Source: Eledone cirrhosa (Eukaryota). Taken from it: 64,000 nucleotides of DNA. Shown here piece by piece: positions 42,418 through 55,637 of the stretch. Where the stretch lies: NCBI GenBank assembly GCA_964016885.1, contig OZ024740.1, positions 382,044,001-382,108,000 on the forward strand. Direction: 5' to 3'. The notes under the pieces were generated by a model. That model was not told where the DNA came from. It made no database searches and worked only from the letters and a program-made list of their open reading frames with translations. How positions within the stretch are numbered: the first letter of the stretch is position 1; every line of letters begins with the position of its first letter. The position numbers and the translations under genes are program-made.

Positions 42418-43415
42418 GATAATGAATTGAATTTATGACAAGTTCATTTTGATTGAGTGTTGAATATTTGATATGATCTAGATGATTTACGTCATATTTA
42501 TTTTGAATATTGGATACAAATGAATACAAACACTCCTTTTTTTCATTTGAATTGCTGCCAATTTTACTGGGAATTAATACTGAACTTTCAATATTAGAAT
42601 ACAATTTTGCATAACATGTTTACTCTTAGAAAAATCGCTTAGATTAGCATATGAAAGTTCTGAATATAAATATTTACAAATAAAACATGACAGTAATTTA
42701 TGCACGCATTTTCAAAAAAAAAAAATCTTTGAATTCCTTTACTTGTTATCAAAACATACTGACACAGTTCCTTAGTTGAAATGTGGGTTGTCAGAATACC
42801 GTGTCAGTTACTTGAATTTTCATGATGTGAAGTATCTAGCAATAGGTTCAGTAGTCTAGTGAAATATGGACACACTTCAGTATTAGATAATTTGTTCAGC
42901 GAACTTGTTTTTATAACTGGAATTACTCGTTAGAATATAAATTGGTAATCATTTATTTATGATCGGTTAATTAAAATTTGATCATGATAAATATTGAATC
43001 TATTGATCAGAGTGTAGTATCGTACAAAATATCATTTTTATTTTTCATTAACACGTATCAATGGCCTAGGTATATCTAAAGAGACTCTTCGAACTTGAGG
43101 CCTTTTAAACAAATTTTAACTCATTACAATCCTTGTGCGATAATAGTGTGGAAGTTCATTTTTAGTATTGGTACATTTTATATGATCACATGATATTGGA
43201 AATAAGTTCTGGAATCTTCATCAATTTATTTGACCAACTGTTAACAGATTTGAACTCTTTGCTCAATCTTCTGTGTTGTGTCGGGGGCTACAGGCATCTA
43301 GGGTGTCTAAAATGACATGACACCTTAACAGTTTTCTAGCACTGTAAGATATCGTGGAATTTCAGCGTTTTCAATTAACAATTAACAACCCAATACACAC
43401 ACACACACACACACA

Positions 43416-43486
<71 letters not shown>

Positions 43487-43537
43487 GAGGTTGTTTTTCG
43501 TTATTTCGTGGGCCGAAATACGATTCCCGATAATTTG

Positions 43538-43577
<40 letters not shown>

Positions 43578-44531
43578 GAGAGAGAGAGAAAAGGGTGGAG
43601 TTGGAAATAGCACGGAAAATATATTTTACCTTTTTTTTCCTCTCTTTGATTCGTCAAAGTGACATTATTGAAAAAATGAGAGGGATAATTTTTTTTTAAA
43701 GTTTTATAATGTATATAAAGTATATATGTTTTGCCGGTTTCGATGTATTCTTAAAATTCAACTTATCAAATGTCGTATTACAATTCAAATGAATTAATAA
43801 GAATTAAAAACTAAAAGTTAAAGATTTAAAATTAAGAGGTAAGTATTTTTTCCATCTTCTTTGCTGAGAAGGAGATCCGGTCTTAAATGGATCAAAAGAC
43901 CGCTAGAAAGAGCAGTCGATAATCATTCAACTTAAGATGCTCAACTTACATAAAGAAATGAATTAGGAGTCAAAATATCAAATTAAAAAAGAAACGGAGT
44001 TAAAAACTCGAGTTTTTTAAGAAAACACGTGGATATGTTCAGATAGATGAGAACCGAACTCACCGAAGCTGGAAACTAAAGGAACTACAACTTATGCTCA
44101 GTGCATGGAGTTCAGCTAATGTCTCTTTCGTAAGCAAGCTAATTAAGGAGGCCCTGTAAAGCTGTGGCTTTCTGAGAACGTTGGCACAGATACAGCGGAA
44201 AAAAGAATGTTATGCTACACATAGATCAGTGAAGACATTGAAAAATAAAATAAAACACTGGAATGCAGCAAATGCAAACTAAAGAACCATCAGACGTACC
44301 ACAATAAGAAGAGAAACGCAAATAAACAGGCAGGAGATGCATAGTGGATAAATCCTAAGGCGAAGAAAACTAGAACTAAGAAAAAAAGACCCCGCGAAAA
44401 GGGTGGCCCAGGTACTCTATAAAGTCTACAAACTAAGGTTTTGCACAGCCCAGACTACACGTAATTTGCGCCCTTTTGATGGTGCGAAAATTTAATACAT
44501 TTTTGACCAGAGTAAACACAAGGTTAAGAAC

Positions 44532-44614
<83 letters not shown>

Positions 44615-45005
44615 ATTTTACGATTCATACACACACTATTTCGTATGCTAACAATGGTTTCATGAATTAACAAACCTTACAGGACAGCTAACTATGTATG
44701 TAGTCACAGGTTCAGATGGAGGTGCAAATAAAGCAAAATGTGATTGCGGGATGTAGATTAAAGTGTGATTGGAGAAGAAAATGAAATATGTTTCAATATC
44801 GAACACAAAACATTTTAATTTTCTCATATCAGAACTCGAAATTATTCAATTTAGAACCACTTCATGTCTCATGTAAAATTAACACTTTCAATATTTCTCC
44901 ATATCCTACCAACTAATTAAAAACATTGGAAAAGGTAAAAATAAAATTTCTTTATCAATATTTTTTTATTCAACAACCCAACTGTTTTGCTTGTTTCTGT
45001 TGCAG

Positions 45006-45068
45006 AAGAAAGAAAAAAGATATAAAAATAGGATGAATCTAACCCGCACACTCTATTCTCAGAAAGCG
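45006..45068 (+). CDS. Candidate 63-nt exon (KKEKRYKNRMNLTRTLYSQKA)
   Basis: Strong acceptor ttttgcttgtttctgttgcag|, donor GCG|gtatta, phase 0-0, open. Confidence 0.35.
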
Positions 45069-46973
45069 GTATTAGCATTCTATGTTCGCTGATATCAGGA
45101 AAACTGATAACTTTTCTTTATCTATGAAATATGTAAGTGTAAATGGTTATGCAGTGGAATGATATATACAATTCAGCGAATTTCTTGGAGCAAGAGCTAA
45201 ATATTTTATCAACATTATTCTTCCAAAAATCAAAATCAGAGCTGTCACTGTAAGTGTATGTTTATCTTGTATGTATGTATGTATGTAATGTATGTGTGCG
45301 TATCTCTGTTGTATAGGTAGTCAGACATCAGCTAAGCTGTATGAATGTGATTTATTCTGATTGTCAAGCATATACAGAAGAGGGTTATCCTATAAATGGC
45401 TCAACTATACAAAACACAAAGGTCCAACATTGTTGCTGACATGGCAAACTCAAGCTAATTCGAATTATTACCATGATTAAATTTGACTCGAACATGTTCA
45501 CACGGGGAGAAAATCGGTGCTATGCTGACTGCACTACTGCCTGATTCTAATCGAACAGCGTCATTTGCCAAATTTGACAACTATAATAGGGATGTTTAAA
45601 TTGATCAACAAATGTTCATTACAGCATTTTTGAATGATTGCACCTTACTACTTCCTTATACTTTCTATCTTGTGCACAGTGATTTTAAAACATTCACATA
45701 TCACACATCATCTCACTTAGATGCAACTTACAACATTTCTACTTGGCCATTGATTTATGTTCTATGAGGCATTATGGTCTTTTTACTCGTTTTGCTATTG
45801 CACTCCGACTACCTGGAATATGAGAAAATAGTATGACATTTTTTGCGAAATTATCAATATTTGTAAGAAAGATTGTCATATAAACACAATGCCATTGAGT
45901 ATTGCAAATTTGAAAGTGGACGGGTCTAAGTAGTTAGAAAAGTACTTTACCAATAATTATTATGTCAAATGCAATGGTCAGCCCATATCTTTATAATGAT
46001 AGGTACGTTGCTCTTTCATATTCCGAAATTGGTTGACTGATGTTCCGCAGGATATAATTTCATGATTCTATGTTCATATATTAGCCGCTATTGGAAGCCA
46101 TGTGTTTTCTAGTAATTCACATTTAATCTAATTGTTCTGTTTTGTTGCAGAGCTGAGCTACATTAGAGGCCATAGGATCAGCCAGATGTGATTTCAAAAA
46201 TATTTCTAATGGGGAATTAACTAAATTGTAACGAATAAATACATGAATTGAAAAGGGAAATAGTTATTTTACTCAACTAAATTTCAGAAGAAAATTCTTC
46301 CATATGCACATTATCTAGAGTAGTGAGATACACCTCACACACATGGTATTCATATAAATGTTTCATTCATCAGATCTTTCACAGAATGACAGCAAACATT
46401 TGAAAGCTGATTGTTATATAAGATTAGGGAAGATATTTATTATTATCAAGATCTATAAGGAAAAGAAAATTACTTCATATAAATACCGCATAATTAGCAG
46501 CTTCAGCGAAAGGAAACTCAACAATATTGTTGATAAATTAATTAACTGAATAGTTATATTAGCGATATTACGCCTACGCGCTTTCTCTTGCTTGCTAAAC
46601 ACAAATGTAACACAATTAGGGGTCGATAATGTTAAGGGGACAGAATTTTATCAGTAAAGATGCCAGACAAAAATGTTGGTTACACAATATTAATGGGGTA
46701 TTTGGGTTTTCAAAATAGCCCGTTCGTCTCCAATTTCCAGTTGTCACACGTTCGTCGCAGTAATTCTACTTGCATGATTGTAGGCTGATATATGCGAAAA
46801 TAGGTGTATTTCTATGCCTGTATCATTACATGTATGTGTGTGTGCACGCAAGTTGTTCGCTTCCATAAGTATATAGACACACATATATAATGTATATGTA
46901 TATATCGGATTGCAGTATAAGGAACATGTACGTTAATTGCATATATTTCTGTTTCTATCTCAGTGTATGTGTA

Positions 46974-47045
<72 letters not shown>

Positions 47046-47308
47046 GTTCTAAAAGTAATAAATATATCCTATCTCGATCCAAATATATATTTGTGGGAAA
47101 ATCATATATAACATAGCCATCGCCTTAATCCATTGCTATATAGTATCTTTAATAGTCTCGTTCTTTCCCTTTTCTTTCATCTTCAAGACAATCATTACCA
47201 TCGTCTTATTCAACACTAATGTTTTCTTTAATACTTTGGACGTCAAATTAAGTATAAGCATAGTGTATGCACATTTAAATATAAAGATACACACAGATGC
47301 ACATATTA

Positions 47309-47363
<55 letters not shown>

Positions 47364-48687
47364 TCTATAATGTAGCAATCTTCAACGCAGGAAATAAAGC
47401 AATCACAGTCGACCGCTATAAATAATACATTAGAAAATCGGTTAAAATACACATATAAACCAAATAAATGGCCAGCAATCCAAGACCGTATCTCTCAAAC
47501 TCCGGTTGAAAGCTCTGACCATTGAGCTAAGGAACGTCTGGCAGACACGTCCGTCTAAATTAGATAGATATATTGAAGAGCCATGTATGTAACAACTTTC
47601 CATAGAAAATATCGAAGGCATAAGCCACTTCATTCTTTCCGCTTCTATGAATAATTTACCCACTTTACTCAGCACTTATCTATAGAGATCGACTGTTATT
47701 AGAGACGAGCGAATTACTGAACTGAATGCTTATAAAAGTGTGGAATCTACTAAAACACCTATACCCTTGACCAAAGGTTCTCAACCCATTTGGGCCAAAC
47801 GCCCCCTTTTGCCTCTCGAAATCATGACCACCCCCCTTACCCTATTTTTCCATTTATCAATATACTACTGATTTTGATTCAGTAGATTACTGGGCCAAAT
47901 CAAGTTATCTTAAAATCTTTAAAAAATACTCGCATGAATTAAATGCAAAGGTTTCAGTCCAAAACAAAAGCAAGTTATTTCAAATTATATATTTAAAAAA
48001 AAAAAAAGATTTGATCTCAGTCGAAAATCTTTTTTTTTTTTAATTCTATATTTCACTGTTAGCTGTTGTAATATTCTACAATTAAAACTGTAGAGTCAAA
48101 ATACAAAAGATGCAAAATATGAAGAATTTCTCACCTTTCTCTGAAATCACAAACTCAGGGGAAAAATAGTACCTTGCAAAATAATATACCTCGTAGCAAA
48201 ATAAACTACTTAGTAGCAACGAATGAATTGAGAAGCTTGGTGACAGTGAGAAAGCCATATCTATATCCCTTATATATATGGTGGCTGCCAACTCGTTTTC
48301 GAGTACGGCCACTACTTTATATCCATGTAGGAGAACCCCTACCGATGCGCTGAACGAGTGTGACTTTTTAGTCCCGCCAGCGACTTGAAAACTCTGGTAC
48401 AAACACTACACTTGTGACAATTATTGACACATAGTGCTGGGCCCATGGTACCATGTGACGACAAGTGCAGAGAGATCTCCAGATATAAAGCAATGCCTGT
48501 GCCCGGAAGCTTTTATAGTGAGCAAAGGCACTGCACAAAGCCAGTCCCACTCTCTTAACCAAGATGATATTTACCAAAAAGAAGAACAAGTCAACATCAT
48601 TGGATACCATCAGGGTTGCAGGTGTTATATCAGAGTTTTCCTTCTCCTGTTATATATATACATAGATAGATACACACACACACATAA

Positions 48688-48736
<49 letters not shown>

Positions 48737-48877
48737 TGTGTGTGTGTGCCTTGGTTTTGGTACAGAAAGAATTTGTCTCCAGTTTTTATTGCCAGGTCAA
48801 AGGGCACGGCTCTTTCAACAACGCCATATATATATAAGTGTGTGTGTGTGTGTATGTGTATTATATATATATATATA

Positions 48878-49434
48878 TATCCGAAATAGATTTAATTAAA
48901 TTAAATTAAAGGAGTCAGGTCCGAGACATGGATATGGCTCATGTCTCGGACATCATTCCTTTAATTTAATTTAGTTAAATCTATTTCGGATATATAAACG
49001 ATTCCTTATCTGTAGAGCTAAATCGGTTGAAAGGACTTGGCTGCTATTTATAACTGTTGACCACCCTATTCACGCCAATGGGAGGATGCTAGCATGTTGT
49101 TAGTAGTTTTAGAATTGCAGCACGTTCGACGGGTCTCTCGCAGATGTGTATTTGATGCGTAAACACAGACAGTTATTTCTTCCTCCTTGCTGATGATCTA
49201 ACATTCAAATGCTGTGATTTTACGGATGTTTAGTGAAATATATTTCTTTAATGAAATATATACAAGGAGGATTAATCATTTGTTAAAAGGTAATATTTGA
49301 AGATCTAGTTAAACTTTAATTAGTTACCCACCTAGCTGTGTGTGTTTACACACTTTACAAATTATCCCCTGTGATTGTTTCATGTGTTTATTTTAAATAT
49401 ATATATATATATGTCAATCAATCTCTAGATGATG

Positions 49435-49436
<2 letters not shown>
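48878..49436 (+). mobile_element. HHR element family G with 5' fold-back arm
   Basis: Hairpin 48876-48995 followed by a unit containing an intact HHR. TA/CA flanks. Confidence 0.85.
49181..49271 (+). ncRNA. Full-size type I hammerhead ribozyme (family G)
   Basis: tcctccttg CTGATGA [tctaacatt...gatgtttagt] GAAA tatatttc-tttaat-gaaatata TA caaggagga. Perfect 9-bp stem I, 8-bp stem III, AUA cleavage triplet. Confidence 0.85.
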
Positions 49437-49520
<84 letters not shown>

Positions 49521-51109
49521 TATATATATACACACACATATATATATATACATACATACATTTACGTATGTATATAGCTAGCAATTATAGATTTGTACAT
49601 ATACGTGCATTTATCTTTAAGTGTGTAAGGATGTTGACATGATTATTTATGAGTTTTTTGGGGGTACGGAGAAAATTCTGTCTCCAGATTTTATTGCCTA
49701 GGGGGATTAAGATTAAATACCTCAGCTCTGGCTGAAACCAGGTTCTCAACCTAATCAAACACTAATGCAGGCCTGTGTGTGTATATATGTGTGTGTGTGT
49801 GTGTATATGTTTGTGTGTATATGTATGTACGTATGTACGTATGCATGTGTGTGTATCACCATTGCTTCTTTTTGTTGTCATTTCTGTTGAAGCTGTTCTT
49901 GTAACTGTTCTTAAAGTTGACGTCCTTATGTTCATTTTCTTTGATTTCTTTTGTTTTTCTTTTATCTCCCTAGGGAATTCGTTGACAAGCTTCTTTTATT
50001 TGTATTCTTCATTCAAATGCATTCACACTGGCTGTCTAAGAGACGTACAAATATGACTTATAAAACTTACCAAACTAAAGGGGCTTCCAGCGCCCCCCTC
50101 AAAGCTTCAAACATCACCCTGGAGGGCCGAAACGCCCCCGCGGGGTGGGGGTGGGGTGCTCCCCGTTGAGAACCTTTGCACTAGACGGTCCTGTTAAACT
50201 TAGAGACAGATTGAATTTACCACGCAAGAATTAGTACGGTTTCTTCGACAGACTTCCATAAACTTCCAGTTTCACCGAGGTTGGCCGAGGTTCCGAGCCG
50301 TGGAATAATATCTATCTGACACCATGTAGTTGCGAAGGAAAAGTTTTAACCATGTAGTGCTGAGGTCAATGCTGCAATATATGTTAATATGTTTCAGGTT
50401 CATTTATTAGAAACTGTGCAAGACTGGAGGAAACGCACATGCGGAACCACTTTGAAATGTATCATTAAATAATCTATTTACAGTTTGGTGGACTGCAGTA
50501 AGTGAATCCTTTCCTCCAAGCAAAGACTCTATTTCTTAATGCACTGAAACTATATATTTTGCCAAACCGTTGAACAATTTATAGTTGATTACGGCATTGT
50601 TTTCTACAACCTTGATCTTCGTTACTGCTTAACTATTTTTACTGAAATATTTCTTTCTCAAGTTATACATCTGCCATTCTTAACTTGGCATTTCCTTGCC
50701 AGAAGTTTGCCTATTTCACCAATTTAAAGCATTTGTTCTTCGTCACATGAACATATTCCTCTGTCTGTTAGAATGATTTACGTTTAAACTTTTGACATCT
50801 CTGTGTGACTATTTAATGTATATACGTTGCATTATTGATATAAATTGTTGCAGGTTTATACAATATCTTGTTTAAAGAAAATTACGTACCATTTCTGGGC
50901 TCCAAATTGAATATACGTCAACCATTTTGATATTTGGTTTTGGAGGTTTGGTGTGTTTCTTGTAAACATGTGGTACATATTCCTCTTGATTTCACTTCGT
51001 TAAGTCTATGGTGTGGTCAGAATTAGTGTCGGCTAAAGAAACACTCATACACATTATATATCTCTATATATCTAAATATAAATATATATGGGTGTGTATG
51101 TATCTGTGT

Positions 51110-51154
<45 letters not shown>

Positions 51155-51689
51155 TGTGTGTCTGTGTGTGTGTGTGTGTGTTTATGTACATGTTTGTGCT
51201 TATGTTTGTCTGTGTATAAATCTTAGAAAATGTTTACACTGTAGACTTACTTTGCGGCATATGTTACAATTTGTAAGAAAGATTGATGATAATATAATAT
51301 AATTAAAACTACTTCCAACTAAAGTTTTAGTTCTAATATTTTGGTGGGTGGATTAGAACAAATTCCAGGGTATCGATAATTTTCTAAATAATTATTTTTA
51401 TGTTTTTTTTTGTTTCTGTATATAATTCTTATTGCAAGTATTTATTTTGAAAAATCATAGCATATGCCAAGATAATATGCATCCAGTACAGACAACATTA
51501 CCGAGCTTAAACCAATCACATCAGTTATCAATACAAGAGTACTTAAACTGTATGATCATATCAAAAGATCAACTCATGCTGTGAATAACTATGCCTAGGA
51601 AAGTTAGCCGGTAAGAGAAGCAAAAACGCTGGCTTGATGTAAACTTATGGACTGGACATGACGCTTTCTCTTTAAACTCTGCTGTTGGT

Positions 51690-52610
51690 GATCGAACTTT
51701 GTGGAGAAGAATATCTTATGTTCATGCGCAGTCTGCGACATGCTGTGTGAGCGTCTAGGAAGAGTAGCGGAGATATTTTGTATATATGAGTGTGAGGGTG
51801 AATTTGTGTATTTTGGGGAATGATTATATAATAATTATCTGCGTGTGGGTGAGTGGGTGTTAGAATGGTGGGAAATTTAGAACATTTCCGGGCCAGGTCT
51901 GGAAAAATAAATAGAGCATCGCTCATGTCTTATAGGTGTATCAGGGATTCCTGAGGATTTTATAAGCCGCAGACAGTGAGGCTGCGGGGTGATTTCCCGG
52001 CGAACCGGTCAGCCAATCGACGCCCAGTCTGTCCGACATAGACCGCTCCACATAGCCTGCTATGGAGCCCGGAGACAAGGTTGGACGTGGTAAAGCAGTT
52101 GGAGTTCCGAACTCTGAAGGATTGGACGTTAAGCTTGGGTAACGTGGCTGTGTTGGAGATATAATGGCAAGTGTAGCAGCAGGGGAGGGAGCAGGGGAGG
52201 GATTCGTGAGTGGAATTGGGGGCAGGAAGGAGCTGCGAACGAGGTGGTTTCGGGAGGTTGCGTGCGCGCTTGAAAGGGGGAGGCGTGGGAGTGCGATGAT
52301 GGTGGACAGCTCCGGGATAGGGCCAATGTCCTGGGTAAAGATTTGAACCTCAGCGTAGACAAAGAATAGGTAAGCATATATGCATATATGTCCATCCCGT
52401 TTAACTGTTGGTAGAACTCACCCGAGAAGGATAAGGTAGTTGAGAGTGATAAACAGCTCGGCGAGGCGAGAAAGGATGGAGATTGCGGGACAGGTGAAGG
52501 GGAGAAAGTCGAGGAAATGCTGGAGACCACAGACGCCATCAGCATTGGGGCTGACCTTAAAGAGGGAGTCTTGAAAAAAACATTTTATTGTGTTGTCACC
52601 CAATGAATGT
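51690..52610 (-). mobile_element. Decayed Penelope-like element fragment (RT plus GIY-YIG)
   Basis: Minus strand gives PNADGVCGLQHFLD, ILSRLAELFITLNY..FSGEFYQQLNG and TSNLVSGLHSRLCGAVYVGQTGRRLADRF, with deletions and frameshifts. Confidence 0.75.
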
Positions 52611-52944
52611 TTCAGGAACTGAATACCAGAGAGTACATTTTAAGATATCTGCATCTACAAGAAGAACATTGTTATTAATATATATCTTTATAATAAAAAA
52701 CAAGAATCACATGACAACCACTTTATGAGAGATTTGTCTGGCAAACGCTAATTTCATATCATCCTGCATAGCTTTCTCAGTATTGACAACTTATGCAATA
52801 GTTAAACGCACACACATACATGCACACACATATACGTACACACACCCACACAAATACACACATACACACACACATATATATATATATATATATTTATATA
52901 TTTATATATGTTGAGAGAGAGATTAAGAGACAGATATATATATA

Positions 52945-54512
52945 CAGTGCCCGCAAAAGTTTATAACACATTAGGAAAAATGCGGTTTTAGGTATTTTTA
53001 ATAAAGTCAGGGTAATGAACATTTAACTACTGATATAACATATAATGAGGTATCATATATTTTTAAAAATATAACAAGGAAATAACTCATGAAGAAAAAA
53101 CAATATTTTTATAACGCAAAAGTTTACAATACATTTATTAAATCATCTCTTAATATTTTGTAGCGTAAACTTTGTTGCTAATTACAGCCTGTGGGCATTT
53201 GGAGTAGCCTCCTACAAACTTCTTGGCTAATATTTTTCCATTCTTCACAACAAATTTTCTTTAGTTCAGGGATATTTTGGGGTTTCCTTTTTTGAATTTT
53301 GAGTTTCAGTTCTCTCCACAAATTTTTGATCGTGTTAAGATCTGGAGACTGACATGGCCATTTTAGAACATTTGTTCCATTCGTACTTAACCAAGATTGT
53401 GTTAGCTTTGCAGTATGCTTTGGGTCGTTGTCTTGTTGAAAAAACCAAACTGGCTTTAAGCTGAGAGAATGTGCACTTTGATGTAAATTCCTTTGCAAAA
53501 TACCTCTATAATAAGCGCCATCTATTCTTCCTTCTATTATTTCAATATTTCCTACACCTGTGGCACTAAAGCAACCCCAGACCATGACTGATCCACCTCC
53601 AAATTTTACAGTTGGAATAGTATTCTTCAGCGAATATTCAGTACCTTTCTTTCTCCAGGCTTTTGCCACAGCATTTCGACCAAAAAGTTCAATTTTTGTT
53701 TCGTCTGACCAAAGTACATCTTCCCAAAATGACGCAGGTTTGATGAGATACTCATTTGCAAAGATTAATCGACGAAGAACGTGTTTCCTTGGAGACCTCG
53801 AGAAGATATATCGATGTAGTGAACGACTAATTGTATCTGTGCTCACTTTTACTCCACCTCCTTCTAAGTTATCCTGAAGATTTTTAAGAGTACACCGGGG
53901 TTCGTTGCCAACCTTTCTCGTCAATAACCGAGATGCACGTTCCGTTATCTTTCTAGGACGACCATAGCTAATTAGAGGACAGATGGAATGATGAGATTTC
54001 CAGTGACGAATTATAGTACCAACTGAACTCAATGGCACTTTAACTGACAAGATATCTTTCTATAACCAACACTATTTGTATGAAGGTCTACAATGCGTTT
54101 ACGGAGGTCTTGATCAATCAGTTTATTTTTCCCCATATTGTCAATGTTTACAGGACGGTTGTAAATGTTTACAGAATGGTTGTCAGACAAATAATGACGT
54201 AATGTTTTTAATTGTCCTTAGAAGTTACCTTAAACCTAATCTAGAACATTCTACTGAATTTTAAATCTGAAAATTTAAGAATTTTCTTGAAAAATAGCGA
54301 TAAATATAAAATGTGTTGTAAACTTTTGCGTTATAAAAATATTGATTTTTCTTCATGAATTATTTCCTTGTTATTTTTTAAAAAATATGATTCTATCATT
54401 AAATGCCTCACTATATGTTCTATCTGTAGTTACATTTTTATTACCCTAACTTTATTAAAAATACCTAAAACCGCATTTTTCCTAATGTGTTGTAAACTTT
54501 TGCGGGGCACTG
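52945..54512 (-). mobile_element. Full-length Tc1-family transposon with IR/DR-type long TIRs
   Basis: TIRs of about 190-200 bp (CAGTGCCC...GGGCACTG), each with two GCAAAAGTTTA(T/C)AA direct repeats. TA duplication inside a microsatellite. Confidence 0.93.
53150..54136 (-). pseudogene. Tc1 DD34E transposase, inactivated
   Basis: ATG at 54136 (MGKNKLIDQDLRKRIVDLH), frameshift near 54045, then GRPRK, WSDETK, GGGSVMVWGCF, FQQDNDPKH and SPDLNTIKNLW. The catalytic E, 34 aa after the second D, is replaced by K. Confidence 0.9.
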
Positions 54513-54521
54513 TATATATAT

Positions 54522-54678
<157 letters not shown>

Positions 54679-55181
54679 TGTGTGTCTGTCTCTCTGTCTG
54701 TGTCTATGTGTCCGTCTATGCCTTTACGTGTTTGTCTATATGAGTGAGAGCGTACTCAGGTTTTGATGCAGAGCTATATGGAATGTTGCAGAGAGCGAGA
54801 CAAATACACACGAACACAGCCGCTTATATTGTATATATGTAAGCAACGAGTTGGAGATACCGTAATGGCGAGAACTGGATGGGATCATTCAGAAGTGAAT
54901 AGAGAAAATAGAGAGATTTAGGTGGGGTGAAATAGGGGATGGTTTGTTAGTTCTTTAGAATGATAACAGGGCATAGAAACTGTCAGTAAGTGCATTTTCT
55001 GCGGGAGAATACTTCATAACGATTGCTGTTGCAATTGAATAAATGTTTGTATTATATTGCTGATGTGGTTTTTACGGTTGCTACTCTTAATGGCTTTGTC
55101 AAGGATGATATTAGTGGGGCTGTTACCTTTCACTGTCAAAACGGTAATTTACAAGTGTTTGTTGATGTTGTTTAAAACGTT

Positions 55182-55212
<31 letters not shown>

Positions 55213-55448
55213 TTAGATTTGCTTCTGATGTTGCTGTTAGGTATGTTGGTTATTAATAGTGTTGTTACTGTTTCGGATTTAAATTGTTAATGAATGCCGA
55301 AGCTATAGTTTGCCAGTATTGTTGGTTGTTGTTGTTTTGTATGTTATTGTGGCCGTACTATCTCCGATATATCTTTGTAGCAGTTGCTTTTGAGGCTGTT
55401 GTTACTGTTGTTATTGTTGTTGTCAAAGGTGTTGGCGTTAAAGGTATT

Positions 55449-55637
55449 AATTGTTTCTACTTTAGGCACAAGGCCAGCAAATACCCAGTGCATTACTGGT
55501 ACTTTATTTTATCGACCCCGTAAGGATGAAAGGTAAAGTCAACCTCGGCGGGATTTGAACTCAGATCGTAAAGGGACGTAACTATCCTGGAAAGCATGGC
55601 GTCCGACCCTCTACCGATACTGCTACTCCACCGCCCA
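55449..55637 (-). mobile_element. SINE (octopus-type), near full-length
   Basis: Minus strand reads GGGCGGTGGAGTAGCAG...GAGTTCAAATCCCGCCGAGGTTGACTTTACCTTTCATCCTTACGGGGTCGATAAAATAAAGTACCAG. Confidence 0.82.

Larger units (their letters stand above)
47772..50178. mobile_element. Non-autonomous hAT (Charlie-like) element with nested insertions
   Basis: Perfect 14-bp TIRs CAAAGGTTCTCAAC / GTTGAGAACCTTTG. The 8-bp flanks CCCTTGAC / CACTAGAC (6 of 8 match) resemble the NTCTAGAN target. Subterminal ACGCCCCC motifs. Confidence 0.7.

Noticed and set aside
43860-44460. Possible old LINE C-terminal zinc-knuckle remnant
   Set aside because: Too degenerate to support with motifs.
53178-54050. Active Tc1 transposase
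   Set aside because: N-terminal frameshift, apparent internal deletion and a catalytic E-to-K change.
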